DNA of 64,000 nucleotides from Escherichia coli (GTDB lineage Bacteria > Pseudomonadota > Gammaproteobacteria > Enterobacterales > Enterobacteriaceae), in assembly GCF_016903815.1 (NCBI RefSeq), contig NZ_CP069973.1; one strand, given 5' to 3'. Within the stretch, counting starts at the first letter, position 1. Each line of letters begins with the position of its first letter. The notes under the pieces are model-generated. The model had not been told where the DNA came from. It did no database searches and worked only from the letters and a program-made list of their open reading frames with translations. The translations under genes were made by a program, and so were the position numbers. Below, in pieces: positions 1 through 11,787 of the stretch.

Positions 1-2478
1 AAGACTGATATCCGCGCCGTTCATCAGGCGCTGGATGCCGACCACCGTACCTGGGCGCGGGAGGATGACTCCCCGCAAGGCTCGGTAAAGGCGCGTCTGG
101 AACAAGCCTGGCCAGATTCACTTGCTGATGGACAGTTAATTAAAGACGACGAAGGACGCGATCAGCTTAAGGCTATGCCAGAAGCAAAACGCTCCTCGAT
201 GTTTCCCGACCCGTGGCGTACCAACCCGGTAGGCCGTTTCTGGGATCGTCTGCGTGGACGCGATGTCACGCCACGCTATCTGGCTCGTTTGACCAAAGAA
301 GAGCAGGAAAGCGAGCAAAAGTGGCGTACCGTCGGTACCATCCGCCGTTACATTTTGTTAATCCTTACGCTCGCGCAAACTGTTGTCGCGACCTGGTATA
401 TGAAGACCATTCTTCCTTATCAGGGGTGGGCGCTGATTAATCCTATGGATATGGTTGGTCAGGATGTGTGGGTTTCCTTTATGCAGCTTCTGCCTTATAT
501 GCTGCAAACCGGTATCCTGATCCTCTTTGCGGTGCTGTTCTGTTGGGTGTCCGCCGGATTCTGGACGGCGTTGATGGGCTTCCTGCAACTGCTTATTGGT
601 CGCGATAAATACAGTATATCTGCGTCAACAGTTGGCGATGAACCATTAAACCCGGAGCATCGCACGGCGTTGATCATGCCTATCTGTAACGAAGACGTGA
701 ACCGTGTTTTTGCTGGCTTGCGTGCAACGTGGGAATCAGTAAAAGCCACCGGGAATGCCAAACACTTTGATGTCTACATTCTGAGTGACAGTTATAACCC
801 GGATATCTGCGTCGCAGAGCAAAAAGCCTGGATGGAGCTTATCGCTGAAGTCGGTGGCGAAGGTCAGATTTTCTATCGCCGCCGCCGTCGCCGCGTGAAG
901 CGTAAAAGCGGTAATATCGATGACTTCTGCCGTCGCTGGGGCAGCCAGTACAGCTACATGGTGGTGCTGGATGCTGACTCGGTAATGACCGGTGATTGTT
1001 TATGCGGCCTGGTGCGTTTGATGGAAGCCAACCCGAACGCCGGGATCATTCAGTCGTCGCCGAAAGCGTCCGGTATGGATACGCTGTATGCACGCTGTCA
1101 GCAGTTCGCGACTCGCGTGTATGGGCCACTGTTTACAGCCGGTTTGCACTTCTGGCAACTTGGCGAGTCGCACTACTGGGGACATAACGCGATTATCCGC
1201 GTGAAACCGTTTATCGAGCACTGCGCACTGGCTCCGCTGCCGGGCGAAGGTTCCTTTGCCGGTTCAATCCTGTCACATGACTTCGTGGAAGCTGCGTTGA
1301 TGCGCCGTGCAGGTTGGGGAGTCTGGATTGCTTACGATCTCCCGGGTTCTTATGAAGAATTACCGCCTAACTTGCTTGATGAGCTAAAACGTGACCGCCG
1401 CTGGTGCCACGGTAACCTGATGAACTTCCGTCTGTTCCTGGTGAAGGGTATGCACCCGGTTCACCGTGCGGTATTTCTGACGGGCGTGATGTCTTATCTC
1501 TCCGCTCCGCTGTGGTTTATGTTCCTCGCGCTCTCTACTGCATTGCAGGTAGTGCATGCGTTGACCGAACCGCAATACTTCCTGCAACCACGGCAGTTGT
1601 TCCCGGTGTGGCCGCAGTGGCGTCCTGAGCTGGCGATTGCACTTTTTGCTTCGACCATGGTGCTGTTGTTCCTGCCAAAGCTATTGAGCATTTTGCTTAT
1701 TTGGTGCAAAGGAACGAAAGAATATGGCGGCTTCTGGCGCGTTACATTATCGTTGCTGCTGGAAGTGCTGTTTTCCGTGCTGCTGGCTCCGGTACGCATG
1801 CTGTTCCATACGGTCTTCGTCGTCAGCGCGTTCCTTGGCTGGGAAGTGGTGTGGAATTCACCGCAGCGTGATGATGACTCCACTTCCTGGGGTGAAGCGT
1901 TCAAACGCCACGGCTCACAGCTGCTGTTAGGGTTAGTGTGGGCTGTTGGGATGGCGTGGCTGGATCTGCGTTTCCTGTTCTGGCTGGCTCCGATTGTCTT
2001 CTCGTTGATCCTGTCACCGTTTGTTTCGGTGATTTCCAGCCGTGCCACCGTTGGTCTGCGCACCAAACGCTGGAAACTGTTCCTGATCCCGGAAGAGTAT
2101 TCACCGCCGCAGGTGCTGGTTGATACCGATCGGTTCCTTGAGATGAACCGTCAACGCTCCCTTGACGATGGCTTTATGCACGCAGTGTTTAACCCGTCAT
2201 TTAACGCTCTGGCAACCGCAATGGCGACCGCGCGTCACCGGGCCAGTAAGGTGCTGGAAATCGCCCGTGACCGCCACGTTGAACAGGCGCTGAACGAGAC
2301 GCCAGAGAAGCTGAATCGCGATCGTCGCCTGGTGCTGCTAAGCGATCCGGTGACGATGGCCCGTCTGCATTTCCGCGTCTGGAATTCCCCTGAGAGATAT
2401 TCTTCATGGGTGAGTTATTACGAAGGGATAAAGCTCAATCCACTGGCATTGCGTAAACCGGATGCGGCTTCGCAATAA
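1..2478 (+). CDS. opgH: Glucans biosynthesis glucosyltransferase H (OpgH/MdoH), 5'-partial
   Basis: ORF-track protein 175..2478 matches the OpgH C-terminal region; the frame is open from window base 1, so the N-terminus lies upstream of the window. Confidence 0.93.
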   Translation, partial: KTDIRAVHQALDADHRTWAREDDSPQGSVKARLEQAWPDSLADGQLIKDDEGRDQLKAMPEAKRSSMFPDPWRTNPVGRFWDRLRGRDVTPRYLARLTKEEQESEQKWRTVGTIRRYILLILTLAQTVVATWYMKTILPYQGWALINPMDMVGQDVWVSFMQLLPYMLQTGILILFAVLFCWVSAGFWTALMGFLQLLIGRDKYSISASTVGDEPLNPEHRTALIMPICNEDVNRVFAGLRATWESVKATGNAKHFDVYILSDSYNPDICVAEQKAWMELIAEVGGEGQIFYRRRRRRVKRKSGNIDDFCRRWGSQYSYMVVLDADSVMTGDCLCGLVRLMEANPNAGIIQSSPKASGMDTLYARCQQFATRVYGPLFTAGLHFWQLGESHYWGHNAIIRVKPFIEHCALAPLPGEGSFAGSILSHDFVEAALMRRAGWGVWIAYDLPGSYEELPPNLLDELKRDRRWCHGNLMNFRLFLVKGMHPVHRAVFLTGVMSYLSAPLWFMFLALSTALQVVHALTEPQYFLQPRQLFPVWPQWRPELAIALFASTMVLLFLPKLLSILLIWCKGTKEYGGFWRVTLSLLLEVLFSVLLAPVRMLFHTVFVVSAFLGWEVVWNSPQRDDDSTSWGEAFKRHGSQLLLGLVWAVGMAWLDLRFLFWLAPIVFSLILSPFVSVISSRATVGLRTKRWKLFLIPEEYSPPQVLVDTDRFLEMNRQRSLDDGFMHAVFNPSFNALATAMATARHRASKVLEIARDRHVEQALNETPEKLNRDRRLVLLSDPVTMARLHFRVWNSPERYSSWVSYYEGIKLNPLALRKPDAASQ

Positions 2479-2489
2479 AAACGTAGTTG

Positions 2490-2587
2490 CCTGATGCGCT
2501 ACGCTTATCAGGCCTACATCGCTCCTGCAATGTGTTGATTTTGCAAGATTTTGTAGGTCGGATAAGGCGTTCACGCCACATCTGGCA
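2490..2587. repeat. REP/BIME-type palindromic repeats downstream of opgH
   Basis: gcctgatgcgctacgcttatcaggcctac and gtaggtcggataaggcgttcacgcc motifs typical of enterobacterial REP elements. Confidence 0.7.
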
Positions 2588-2650
2588 AAAACAACGAGCC
2601 AATAAAAATACCGGCGTTATGCCGGTATTTTTTTACGGAAGAGGTATCAA

Positions 2651-2878
2651 ATGCGTTTAATTGTGGTGAGCATCATGGTGACCTTGCTGAGTGGCTGTGG
2701 CAGCATTATTAGTCGCACTATACCGGGGCAGGGGCATGGCAACCAATATTATCCCGGTGTGCAATGGGATGTGCGTGACTCCGCCTGGCGTTATGTCACG
2801 ATCCTTGATCTGCCATTCTCCCTGGTTTTTGATACTTTACTGCTGCCGATCGACATTCATCATGGCCCGTATGAGTGA
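2651..2878 (+). CDS. yceK: Lipoprotein YceK
   Basis: 75-aa ORF with lipoprotein signal and lipobox (LLSGC); matches my memory of K-12 YceK. Confidence 0.85.
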   Translation: MRLIVVSIMVTLLSGCGSIISRTIPGQGHGNQYYPGVQWDVRDSAWRYVTILDLPFSLVFDTLLLPIDIHHGPYE

Positions 2879-3253
2879 TTAACGTTCATCCCACTCATCA
2901 GCTGCTGCGCGTCCTTCCTCGGTATCCAGCGGTGGCTCAAGCTGAAATTCCCCCTCGTCCCATTCATGTAATGTATTCTCTTCCTGCCACTCCTGGCGGA
3001 TCTCTATCTCATCATAGTCGCCATCAAAAACACTTTGCGCGGCTTCACCGCTAAGCATAGGTAAACATTCACCTTCTTCCCCTTCGTCGGCAAAAAACTC
3101 AACTTGCCACATGATGTCGCCGTCCTGCAAAACGTATTTTTGGGCATTGAACTGTTGCACATTCGCATTTTCGGCGTCGATGCCGGGGTTGTCTGCAAGA
3201 AATTCTTCGCGTGCAGCGTCAATGGCTTCTTCAAGCGTTGCGTACATGGTCAT
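2879..3253 (-). CDS. msyB: Acidic protein MsyB
   Basis: Highly acidic 124-aa protein MTMYATLEEAIDAAREEF...; start trimmed by one codon to the second Met of the ORF. Confidence 0.88.
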   Translation of the reverse strand: MTMYATLEEAIDAAREEFLADNPGIDAENANVQQFNAQKYVLQDGDIMWQVEFFADEGEEGECLPMLSGEAAQSVFDGDYDEIEIRQEWQEENTLHEWDEGEFQLEPPLDTEEGRAAADEWDER

Positions 3254-3335
3254 CACGATTCTCCCTTTGAGTTGATGAGGTTTCAGGGAAAAGGATAGCT
3301 GATTCTCCGCTTTTGCAAGTATGAAAGGCGAAAAA

Positions 3336-4562
3336 TCAGTTCGATACCTGGGGTATTCGACGACGACGTAGACTGTTCCATGAATAGACTGCGTTGAATA
3401 ACACTACGCCAGCAGTGACGAGAAATACCGCTCTGAAACCGTAGTTCGCTGAAATCGCTGCTCCCATCAATGGTCCGGTAACATTGCCAATATCACGAAA
3501 CGATTGGTTATAGCTGAAGATACGCCCGGCGATTTGGTTGCTCGAGTTGTAAACCAACAGTGTTTGTACGGCGGGGAGTAGTGCACCATCGGCGGCACCG
3601 AGCAAAAAACGTAAAATCCCAAGTTGTAATGGCGTCTGAACGTAAGACATTGGGATCAATAGCAGTACAGAAAAGATCAGCGCCGTAATCAGGATCTTTT
3701 CGGGTCCGATTCGATCGCCAAGTTTGCCGAGTCGTGGTGCACTCAGCAGAGCCGCCACGCCTGGCACCGAGGCGATCATGCCACTGATAAAGGCGACGTT
3801 ACTGACGTTACCCGCCAGTTCGCGGACATACAGCGTCAGAATGGGGGCAATTGAGCCCGTCGCCACCTGGATGATTAACGTAGTGACAAACAGGCTGAGT
3901 ACCAGTTTCGGGTTTTTAAGTGATGTCACCACTTCCCGCATGTGCAGCATCTCTTTTTTGCTGACCGGCTGGAATTTTTCTCTGATGCAAAACAGGGTGA
4001 CGAAAAAGCAGAGTATGAGCACACTGGCGGTAATAAAGAATACCGGACGTAAGCCGTAGCTATCAGCGAGCAGGCCGCCAGCCATTGGGCCAAGCAACGC
4101 ACCGCTAACGCCGCCTGTGGAGAGCGTCCCCAGCGCCCAGCCGCTTTTATTACGTGGTACTTGTGTGGCGATAAGAGCATTAGCGTTGGGGACAAATCCG
4201 CCAAGTAAACCAAGAAGCGCCCGCAGGATCAAAAACTGCCAGATATTTTGTGCCAGCCCCATCAACACCATCACGATGCCCATGCCGAGGGCAGAGCGTA
4301 ATAGCATGAGTTTTCGGCCTTTACGGTCGGCGAGTCCACCCCAAAACGGTGAGGCGATGGCCGAAAATAAAAATGTAATGCTGAAGACAATACCGGACCA
4401 CATATTCAGGGCGGAGTGACCGGTAACGCCAAGCTGCTCAACGTAGAGGGGTAAGAAGGGCATTACCAGACTGAAGGCGGCACCGGTAAGAAAACAGCCT
4501 AGCCAGGCGACGATCAGGTTTCGTTTCCAGTTTATAGGGGTGTCATTTTCACAGGGTGACAT
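3336..4562 (-). CDS. mdtG: MFS multidrug efflux transporter MdtG (YceE)
   Basis: 408-aa polytopic membrane protein matching MdtG. Confidence 0.92.
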
Positions 4563-4733
4563 AGCAATCCGCTGTTGGTGCGCCAGGCGCGGTGAACATA
4601 AGAAGAAAAGATAAGCACACTAATTATGCGCCCGACTTCCAGGGGGCGCAATCCAGAGAGCTTTTATCGCTAAATCAGGGGGATTTGCTGTGGTAATGCC
4701 GGATACCCTTCTGAAGCATCCGGCATGGGAGAT

Positions 4734-5654
4734 TTAATAGCGTGAAGGAACGCCTTCCGGGCGTGTTTTAAAGCGACGGTGTAACCACATATACTGCTCT
4801 GGTGCCATCATGATGCATTTTTCGACCACTTTGTTCATCCACGCGGCGGTGGTTTCGGCATCATCCAGCGGCGGAGAACACTCTGGCGGCAGCATAATCA
4901 ACTGATACCCTTTGCCATCTGGCTTACGGCGTGGAACGAAGGGCACCAGACATGCGCCGGACATCCGTGCCAGCATCCAGGTTCCGGTCGTGGTCGCAGC
5001 CTGCTCAACGGCAAACAACGGGACGAAAACGCTTGAGCGCGGGCCGTAATCATGATCCGGTGCGTACCAGACCACTTCGCCTTTTTTCAGGGCTTTAATC
5101 ATGCCTTTTAAATCTTTGCGGTCGAGCATCGATTTATTTGAGCGCAAACGGCCCCAGGTTTGTAGCCAGTCAATCAGTGGATTATCGTTCGGGCGGTAAA
5201 CGCCAATCCCCGGTTCCTGCATACCAAACTGCCGCGCACCCAGCTCCAGTGTCAGAAAATGGATGCCAACTAACAGGATGCCGCGTTTTTGCGCCTGCAC
5301 GTCACGAATGTGTTCCATGCCGATCACTTCCGTCCAGCGGGCGATTCTGCGGTCCGGCCAGAACCACGCCATGCCAGTTTCCATCAGTCCCATGCCAACG
5401 GATTCGAAATTCTTCACCACCATTTTACGGCGTTCTTGTTCGCTCATTTCCGGGAAGCACAGTTCCAGGTTGCGATGCACAATTTTTGCGCGTCGTTTCA
5501 TAAAACGTAACGCCAGTTTTCCTAATCCACAACCGAGGCGGTAGATAACCGGGTAGGGCAATTGCACGACTAACCAAAGTACGCCAATACCCAACCAGGT
5601 TAACCAATAACGCGGATGAAGCAGTGCGGTGGAGAACTTGGGTAGATTCGTCAT
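4734..5654 (-). CDS. lpxL: Lipid A biosynthesis lauroyltransferase LpxL (HtrB)
   Basis: 306-aa protein from the internal Met [17 protein letters not shown]...; the 21-codon N-terminal extension in the ORF track is judged spurious. Confidence 0.92.
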
Positions 5655-5878
5655 ATCAATCCTGTTTTTCAACCTATTCGGGCAATTGTATGTATTGTCG
5701 CATTTTTTCGCCCGCAACCAAAATTTGTGGCTGAAGACTGGGCGAAATTGCCGCGCTTGTAAATAATAAATAATTTTTAATGCGCAAATGTAGCGTAAAA
5801 TGTGTGGATGTTAATTATCGATAATTGCTATATCATGCCGCGGATTTTTACTTTCCCATCTCGCAGGAACCGTACACC

Positions 5879-6931
5879 ATGCCAGTGTTACACAACCGCA
5901 TTTCCAACGACGCGTTAAAAGCCAAAATGTTGGCTGATAGCGAACCGCGAACCACCATTTCGTTTTACAAGTATTTCCACATCGCCGATCCTAAGGCGAC
6001 CCGTGAAGCTTTATATCAGCTGTTTACCGCGCTGGATGTTTTTGGGCGAGTGTATCTGGCGCATGAGGGCATTAACGCGCAAATCAGCGTACCTGCGAGC
6101 AATGTTGAAACATTTCGCGCGCAGCTTTATGCCTTCGACCCGGCTTTAGAGGGCTTACGCCTGAATATCGCGTTGGATGATGACGGGAAATCCTTCTGGG
6201 TACTGCGCATGAAGGTCCGCGATCGTATCGTTGCCGACGGTATTGACGATCCTCACTTTGATGCCAGCAATGTGGGTGAGTATCTGCAAGCGGCGGAAGT
6301 GAACGCTATGCTTGACGATCCCGATGCATTGTTTATCGACATGCGTAACCACTATGAGTATGAAGTGGGGCACTTTGAAAACGCGCTGGAAATTCCGGCA
6401 GATACCTTCCGTGAGCAGCTGCCAAAAGCAGTCGAGATGATGCAGGCACATAAAGATAAAAAAATCGTTATGTACTGCACCGGCGGCATTCGTTGTGAAA
6501 AGGCCAGTGCCTGGATGAAACATAACGGATTCAATAAAGTCTGGCATATCGAGGGCGGAATTATTGAATACGCCCGCAAGGCGCGCGAGCAGGGTTTACC
6601 GGTACGTTTTATTGGCAAAAATTTTGTTTTTGACGAGCGGATGGGCGAACGTATATCTGATGAGATTATCGCGCATTGCCACCAGTGCGGTGCGCCGTGC
6701 GACAGCCATACCAACTGTAAAAATGATGGCTGCCACCTGCTTTTTATTCAGTGTCCAGTATGTGCGGAAAAATACAAAGGTTGTTGTAGTGAGATTTGCT
6801 GTGAAGAAAGCGCGTTACCGCCTGAAGAACAGCGACGCCGTCGGGCAGGACGTGAAAATGGCAATAAGATCTTTAATAAGTCTCGTGGACGTCTGAATAC
6901 AACACTGGGCATTCCTGATCCAACGGAATAA
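5879..6931 (+). CDS. trhO: Rhodanese-domain tRNA uridine(34) hydroxylase YceA/TrhO
   Basis: 350-aa protein from [11 protein letters not shown]...; rhodanese active-site Cys context (CTGGIRC) and C-terminal Cys-rich tail. Confidence 0.9.
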   Translation: MPVLHNRISNDALKAKMLADSEPRTTISFYKYFHIADPKATREALYQLFTALDVFGRVYLAHEGINAQISVPASNVETFRAQLYAFDPALEGLRLNIALDDDGKSFWVLRMKVRDRIVADGIDDPHFDASNVGEYLQAAEVNAMLDDPDALFIDMRNHYEYEVGHFENALEIPADTFREQLPKAVEMMQAHKDKKIVMYCTGGIRCEKASAWMKHNGFNKVWHIEGGIIEYARKAREQGLPVRFIGKNFVFDERMGERISDEIIAHCHQCGAPCDSHTNCKNDGCHLLFIQCPVCAEKYKGCCSEICCEESALPPEEQRRRRAGRENGNKIFNKSRGRLNTTLGIPDPTE

Positions 6932-6939
6932 ATATCATT

Positions 6940-6960
6940 GCCGGATGCGTGCCATCCGGC
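6940..6960. terminator. Bidirectional hairpin between convergent yceA and yceI
   Basis: gccggatg-cgtgc-catccggc perfect stem-loop between two convergent stop codons. Confidence 0.6.
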
Positions 6961-6972
6961 AACATTTCACTC

Positions 6973-7548
6973 TTACTTCTGCTGTACGCCTTCCACTGAA
7001 ATAATCAGATCCACTTCCTGAGAAGCTGGACCTAAATCTGTCTTGATATTGAAGTCCTTGAGCTTAATTTTGCCTTCGGCCTCGAAGCCTGCACGTTTAC
7101 CACCCCATGGGTCGTCGCCCTGACCAATTAATTTCGCTTCCAGTGTGACGGGCTTGGTTACGCCATTCAGCGTCAGATCGCCGGTAATATCCAGGTCGTC
7201 ACCGTCTTTCTTCACGCTGGTGGAGGTGAATGTTGCCTGTGGATATTTTGCGGTATTGAGAAAATCCGCACTGCGAAGATGTTTATCGCGTTCGGCGTGG
7301 TTAGTATCGACGCTGGTGGTGTTAATTGTCACATTCACTTTATCGGCAGCTGGATTTTTTTCATCAAAGGTAAAAGTACCGTCGAAATCTTTAAAGGTGC
7401 CGTATAACCAGCTATAGCCAAGGTGCTGTATGCGGAAGTTAACAAAGGCGTGCTGACCTTCTTTGTCAATTTTGTAATCGGCGGCAACCGCTGAACCGGC
7501 AGAGAACATCAGGGAAGCGAAGGTTAAACCAAGCAGGCTTTTTTTCAT
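6973..7548 (-). CDS. yceI: Periplasmic polyisoprenoid-binding protein YceI
   Basis: 191-aa protein with signal peptide; matches YceI. Confidence 0.9.
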   Translation of the reverse strand: MKKSLLGLTFASLMFSAGSAVAADYKIDKEGQHAFVNFRIQHLGYSWLYGTFKDFDGTFTFDEKNPAADKVNVTINTTSVDTNHAERDKHLRSADFLNTAKYPQATFTSTSVKKDGDDLDITGDLTLNGVTKPVTLEAKLIGQGDDPWGGKRAGFEAEGKIKLKDFNIKTDLGPASQEVDLIISVEGVQQK

Positions 7549-7551
7549 TTT

Positions 7552-8118
7552 TTATACTCCATAGTCAGATGACGACTTTCCCAGCATGCGCTTCAGAGTG
7601 TCGTCTTTATCGATGAAATGATGCTTCAGGGCCATAAATCCGTGCATAACGGACAGTACTACGACGCTCCACGCGAGCCAAAAATGCAGGGCACCGGCAA
7701 AGTCAGCCTGTGCGCCAGCGTCGGCGAGGGTCGCGGGGACGTCAAACCAGCCAAAAACGCTGATCGGTTTACCATCGGCTGTTGAGATCAGATAGCCGCT
7801 GATGCCGATGGCGAACAGCAATAAGTACAATGCGAGATGTCCAGCCTTTGCGCCAAGACGAGTCATGGGCGAATAACTCTGCAGCGGACCCGGCGGTGGA
7901 GATATGACGCGCCACAGAACGCGAATAACCAGCCCCATCATTAACAAAATACCGATGCTTTTATGCAGTTCGGGTGCTTTGTGATACCAGCCATCGTAAT
8001 AACTGAGCGTGACCATCCACAGACCTAAAGCAAACATGCCGTAGACAATAATTGCGCTTAGCCAATGGAAGGCCGCAGATATAACACCATAGCGTTCAGG
8101 GGTATTTGTGAATGACAT
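7552..8118 (-). CDS. yceJ: Cytochrome b561-family protein YceJ
   Basis: 188-aa membrane protein from the internal Met MSFTNTPERYGV...; upstream extension in the ORF track judged spurious. Confidence 0.88.
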   Translation of the reverse strand: MSFTNTPERYGVISAAFHWLSAIIVYGMFALGLWMVTLSYYDGWYHKAPELHKSIGILLMMGLVIRVLWRVISPPPGPLQSYSPMTRLGAKAGHLALYLLLFAIGISGYLISTADGKPISVFGWFDVPATLADAGAQADFAGALHFWLAWSVVVLSVMHGFMALKHHFIDKDDTLKRMLGKSSSDYGV

Positions 8119-8378
8119 AAGTGCATCCAAAACGAATTTGCGAGAGAAAGAAAATGGCGTGTCGGAGAATGAATTGCAACACAAAAATAACAAATTGAAT
8201 GATATTTATTTTTATTTCAATAATTTTGAATTAATAATGAAAGAATCTTCATAAGTTTAGTGGGTTCAGCATCAGAGATGTCTGGTGAGTGCTGTAGAAG
8301 CAGGAATAATCTCATTCAATTTTTCACGCTAAATGAAAGGGAGATTAAATATTTGTCAGTTTATGTCAGTGCGGAAAA

Positions 8379-8492
8379 CTAAAAATAAAACACATAGATC
8401 AGATCCATAATTGCCAACAATCCCCAGAGAAAAAGATAAAGCATCAGATGCTCGCGAATATTATTGATGAGATAGTGCAACAGCCGACGCAT
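8379..8492 (-). CDS. yceO: Small membrane protein YceO (37 aa)
   Basis: Manual translation of the minus strand gives [37 protein letters not shown] with a TAG stop; below the ORF-track size cutoff; matches the K-12 small protein YceO as I recall it. Confidence 0.65.
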
Positions 8493-8539
8493 TAAATACT
8501 CCTGTAAAAACGGCCTCATTCTGGAGGCCGTAATGATGA

Positions 8540-9658
8540 TTATTGGAAGCGGGAAAGCCTGAATGGCGTCAAATCAAAATCGCTTTTTTTTTCTTGCGCA
8601 AAATCGGCAGCTATTTCCCCTAAAACTGACGCAAATTTAAAACCGTGCCCACTCAGGCCGGTAATGAGCAGTGTATTATCGTGGCCGGGTAGGGTATCGA
8701 TAATAAAATCTTCGTCAGGCGAATTATCATAGGTGCAGGCAGCGCCGTACAGGCAGCAACCGATACCCGGCAATACATTGCGCAAGAACGGGAAGGCTTC
8801 CGAACCATCGCTGACCACTTCCGCAAACGGAACACGTTCATCCGCTGAATGGATAACCTGGCCTCCGTTATGTTTGCCAATCTTCAACGCGTCGTTTTCT
8901 GCCGGAAAACCATAATATTGATCGCCATTGGGCAGTTCACCGGTAAACGCCGGGAATTTATTCTTCACGCTATAGCGACCATCGGCCTGATACCAGGCAA
9001 ATACTTTGCGTACGGGCTGGACAGGCAGCTCCGGGAGCTGGTCTTTTACCCATGTTCCCGCGCAGACAATCGCTTTTTTCGCCTGATAATCACCGTCAGC
9101 CGTTTCAATAGTTACGCCATCATCGTCATGACGAATTGCGGTGACCGGGCAGTTGAACAGCTGCGCACAGCCCGCTTCCTTCGCCAGTTGGATCCAGGTT
9201 TTAATCGCCAGTTCGCTGCGCAAAAAACCGGAATCAGTCTCAAATAAGCCGATGTAGTTGTCCGGGACGCGTATTTCCGGCCAGCGGGCCATAATCCCTT
9301 GCGCATCGAGCTTTTCAACGTTGAGTTGCCATTGTTCGGCGCTGTGGGCGACGTTGGCGAGAAATGTGGAATCAGCCGGGCCAAGGTTAATGACGCCAGA
9401 GCGTACAAAAATGGGATCTTCTTCGTTGTGGCGGGAGAGTTCATCCCACAGCGTTTGCGCGCGAAGAACCAGCGGGACATACTTTTCGCCTTCACCATAA
9501 GCATGGCGAATTAATCGCGTATCGCCGTGGTGGCTGCCGTGTTGATGTGGTGGCATATGGGCGTCGGTCATAAGCACGTTTAAACCGGCGTGGGTTGCAT
9601 AATACCCGGCGGCAGCGCCTACGGAACCGCTGCCAATAATGATGAGATCGTATTTCAT
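8540..9658 (-). CDS. solA: N-methyl-L-tryptophan oxidase SolA
   Basis: 372-aa protein with N-terminal FAD-binding motif [15 protein letters not shown]. Confidence 0.93.
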
Positions 9659-9772
9659 TTTTTTCTCTCTGCTCTCATGGTTTAAGCAGAGTAATTAACT
9701 GAATGCAGATATACAACCCAGAAATGGTAAAGGCACCGGTGAGGTGCCTTTTGGGTGGATGGTCATGTCATG

Positions 9773-10027
9773 TTAATGACGCCGATACTCGTTTACCGGG
9801 AAATCACCGGATTCAATTTTGGCGATTCCTGCTTCTAATATCGAAATAAATTGTCTGGCAACATCAGTGGTTAACCAGAGCGTCTGACCAACTTCAGTCC
9901 CTTCCTGCTCGGACTTATTTGGGGTCTGGTAGTGCAAACGCAACATCAGCGCATCATAGCTATCAACGGTGCTGATGTCCCACCCTACGAGCGGATGAGT
10001 CTGAATGACTTCATTATTTTTTTCCAT
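9773..10027 (-). CDS. bssS: Biofilm regulator BssS
   Basis: 84-aa protein MEKNNEVIQTHPLVGWDISTVDSY... Confidence 0.88.
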   Translation of the reverse strand: MEKNNEVIQTHPLVGWDISTVDSYDALMLRLHYQTPNKSEQEGTEVGQTLWLTTDVARQFISILEAGIAKIESGDFPVNEYRRH

Positions 10028-10279
10028 CATGGCCCCCTAATTCGTGTTACTAGACAACGTTATTCGAGGTTCAATGCGTTTTTATCTGAAGCAACTTCAG
10101 TATACCAATAAGTAAGGGTATTCACCGAATTTTTAAAGGGGGGAACAGATAAATTTTTGCTTTTAAGATTTATATGAACAATAAAACAGCATGTCATTCA
10201 TATTTTTTTAGCATATTGTGCAATTATTTTGAGGAAGTGTAGAAATTTTGTACTCGAAATTTGTAAGTAAAATAAAAAA

Positions 10280-10295
10280 GCCGGGGCGACCCGGC
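10280..10295 (-). terminator. Rho-independent terminator downstream of dinI
   Basis: gccgggg-cgac-cccggc hairpin followed on the minus strand by a T-tract. Confidence 0.6.
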
Positions 10296-10316
10296 AAAAA
10301 CAAAAATCACTGCATA

Positions 10317-10562
10317 TTATTCGCTGACAAACCAGTCATCGGCGCTTTCCCACGTTTCCTGGAGAATTTCGCTAATGCGCTGTTTATCTTCTTTTGTCGC
10401 GCCAATAACCGATAAATTATTCGCTGCGGCATAACGTACCGATACGTGGCCTTCATTATCAGGAAACGCATACTGAATACGGCGGGAAAGTTCGCCAGCC
10501 AGGGCGTCAATAGCCCCAGCTGGCAATGGAGAAGTTTTCGCTATGGTGACTTCAATTCGCAT
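10317..10562 (-). CDS. dinI: DNA damage-inducible protein DinI
   Basis: 81-aa protein MRIEVTIAKTSPLPAGAIDALAGELSRRIQYAF...; SOS box directly upstream. Confidence 0.92.
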   Translation of the reverse strand: MRIEVTIAKTSPLPAGAIDALAGELSRRIQYAFPDNEGHVSVRYAAANNLSVIGATKEDKQRISEILQETWESADDWFVSE

Positions 10563-10583
10563 AATAGCCCCCTGTTGAATATA

Positions 10584-10599
10584 CTGGTTATTTATACAG
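10584..10599 (-). promoter_or_regulatory. LexA (SOS) box of dinI
   Basis: Minus-strand CTGTATAAATAACCAG fits the CTG-N10-CAG LexA consensus, 22 bp upstream of the dinI start. Confidence 0.8.
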
Positions 10600-10635
10600 G
10601 TAAAATAACCTAATGACAACAGGAAGCTACGATTT

Positions 10636-11682
10636 TTATTGTTTAACGGACCAGCGTACCGTTTCCCCGGCGAGGAATGGCACCAGTGTGTCATCAGTCA
10701 GTGCGATGCTTGCAGCAACCTGTTGTTCTTCGCGGACCAGTTCGATGAATGTGTCGTTGACAGGCAAGCCATAGAACTGCGGGCCGTTTACAGAACAGAA
10801 TGCTTCAAAGTGCTGCAGAGCATTCATCTCTTCAAAGACGGTAGCGTAACTGCCCAGCGCGGTTGGGGCATTGAAGCAGCCCGCGCAGCCGCAGCTACTC
10901 TCTTTGCGATGACGTGCATGCGGCGCAGAATCCGTACCGAGGAATACGCGATTAAAACCGCTGGCGACCAGTTCACGCAATGCCTGTTGGTGAATATTGC
11001 GTTTGAGGATGGGTAGACAATACAGATGTGGACGCACGCCACCAACCAGCATATGGTTGCGGTTAAACATCAGATGCTGCGGAGTGATGGTGGCAGCCAG
11101 CCGTTCATTTCCGTTACGGACATAGTCGGCAGCATCTTTGGTGGTGATGTGCTCAAAAACGACTTTCAGCGCAGTCAGGCGCTGGCGCAGCGGTTCCATC
11201 ACGCTTTCAATAAAGCGCGCTTCACGATCAAAAATGTCGATATCTGCATGTGTCACTTCACCATGCACCAGTAACGGCATACCGATTTTTTCCATGCGCT
11301 CAAGTACCGGCATGATTGCGTCAACTGACGTCACGCCGTGACTGGAGTTAGTGGTTGCGTTTGCCGGGTAAAGTTTGGCAGCGGTGAACACGCCTTCGTT
11401 AAATCCACGCTCAAGCTCATTAGGATCTAGTGAATCTGTCAAATAACAGGTCATCAGCGGGGTGAAATCGTGCCCGGCAGGTACGGCGTCAAGAATACGC
11501 TGGCGATACGCCACGGCAGCCTCAACGGTGGTCACGGGCGGAGCCAGATTGGGCATTACGATAGCCCGTCCATAAATTTCGCTGGTATACGGCACGACAG
11601 TTTTTAACATGTCGCCATCGCGGAGGTGAAGGTGCCAGTCGTCTGGGCGGCGGATCTTTAATACCTGGGATGGTGCAGTCAT
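10636..11682 (-). CDS. pyrC: Dihydroorotase PyrC
   Basis: 348-aa protein with metal-binding HLH motif near the N-terminus ([10 protein letters not shown]). Confidence 0.95.
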   Translation of the reverse strand: MTAPSQVLKIRRPDDWHLHLRDGDMLKTVVPYTSEIYGRAIVMPNLAPPVTTVEAAVAYRQRILDAVPAGHDFTPLMTCYLTDSLDPNELERGFNEGVFTAAKLYPANATTNSSHGVTSVDAIMPVLERMEKIGMPLLVHGEVTHADIDIFDREARFIESVMEPLRQRLTALKVVFEHITTKDAADYVRNGNERLAATITPQHLMFNRNHMLVGGVRPHLYCLPILKRNIHQQALRELVASGFNRVFLGTDSAPHARHRKESSCGCAGCFNAPTALGSYATVFEEMNALQHFEAFCSVNGPQFYGLPVNDTFIELVREEQQVAASIALTDDTLVPFLAGETVRWSVKQ

Positions 11683-11733
11683 TAATCTCTATGCTCCGGC
11701 TGAAGGGATGTTTTTGCCGGACACAAAGGATAA

Positions 11734-11749
11734 GCGGAAACGTTTTCCT
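11734..11749. promoter_or_regulatory. Candidate PurR operator upstream of pyrC
   Basis: agcGGAAACGTTTTCCt, with the palindromic AAACGTTT core of PurR boxes; pyrC is a known PurR target. Confidence 0.5.
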
Positions 11750-11787
11750 TTGCACGAAAAATAAAGGGCGCGAATGCGCCCTCGTGA

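Noticed and set aside
175-2478. opgH start at the first Met in the window (175)
   Set aside because: The reading frame is open from base 1 and the encoded upstream residues match OpgH, so the gene is 5'-truncated by the window edge and does not start at 175.
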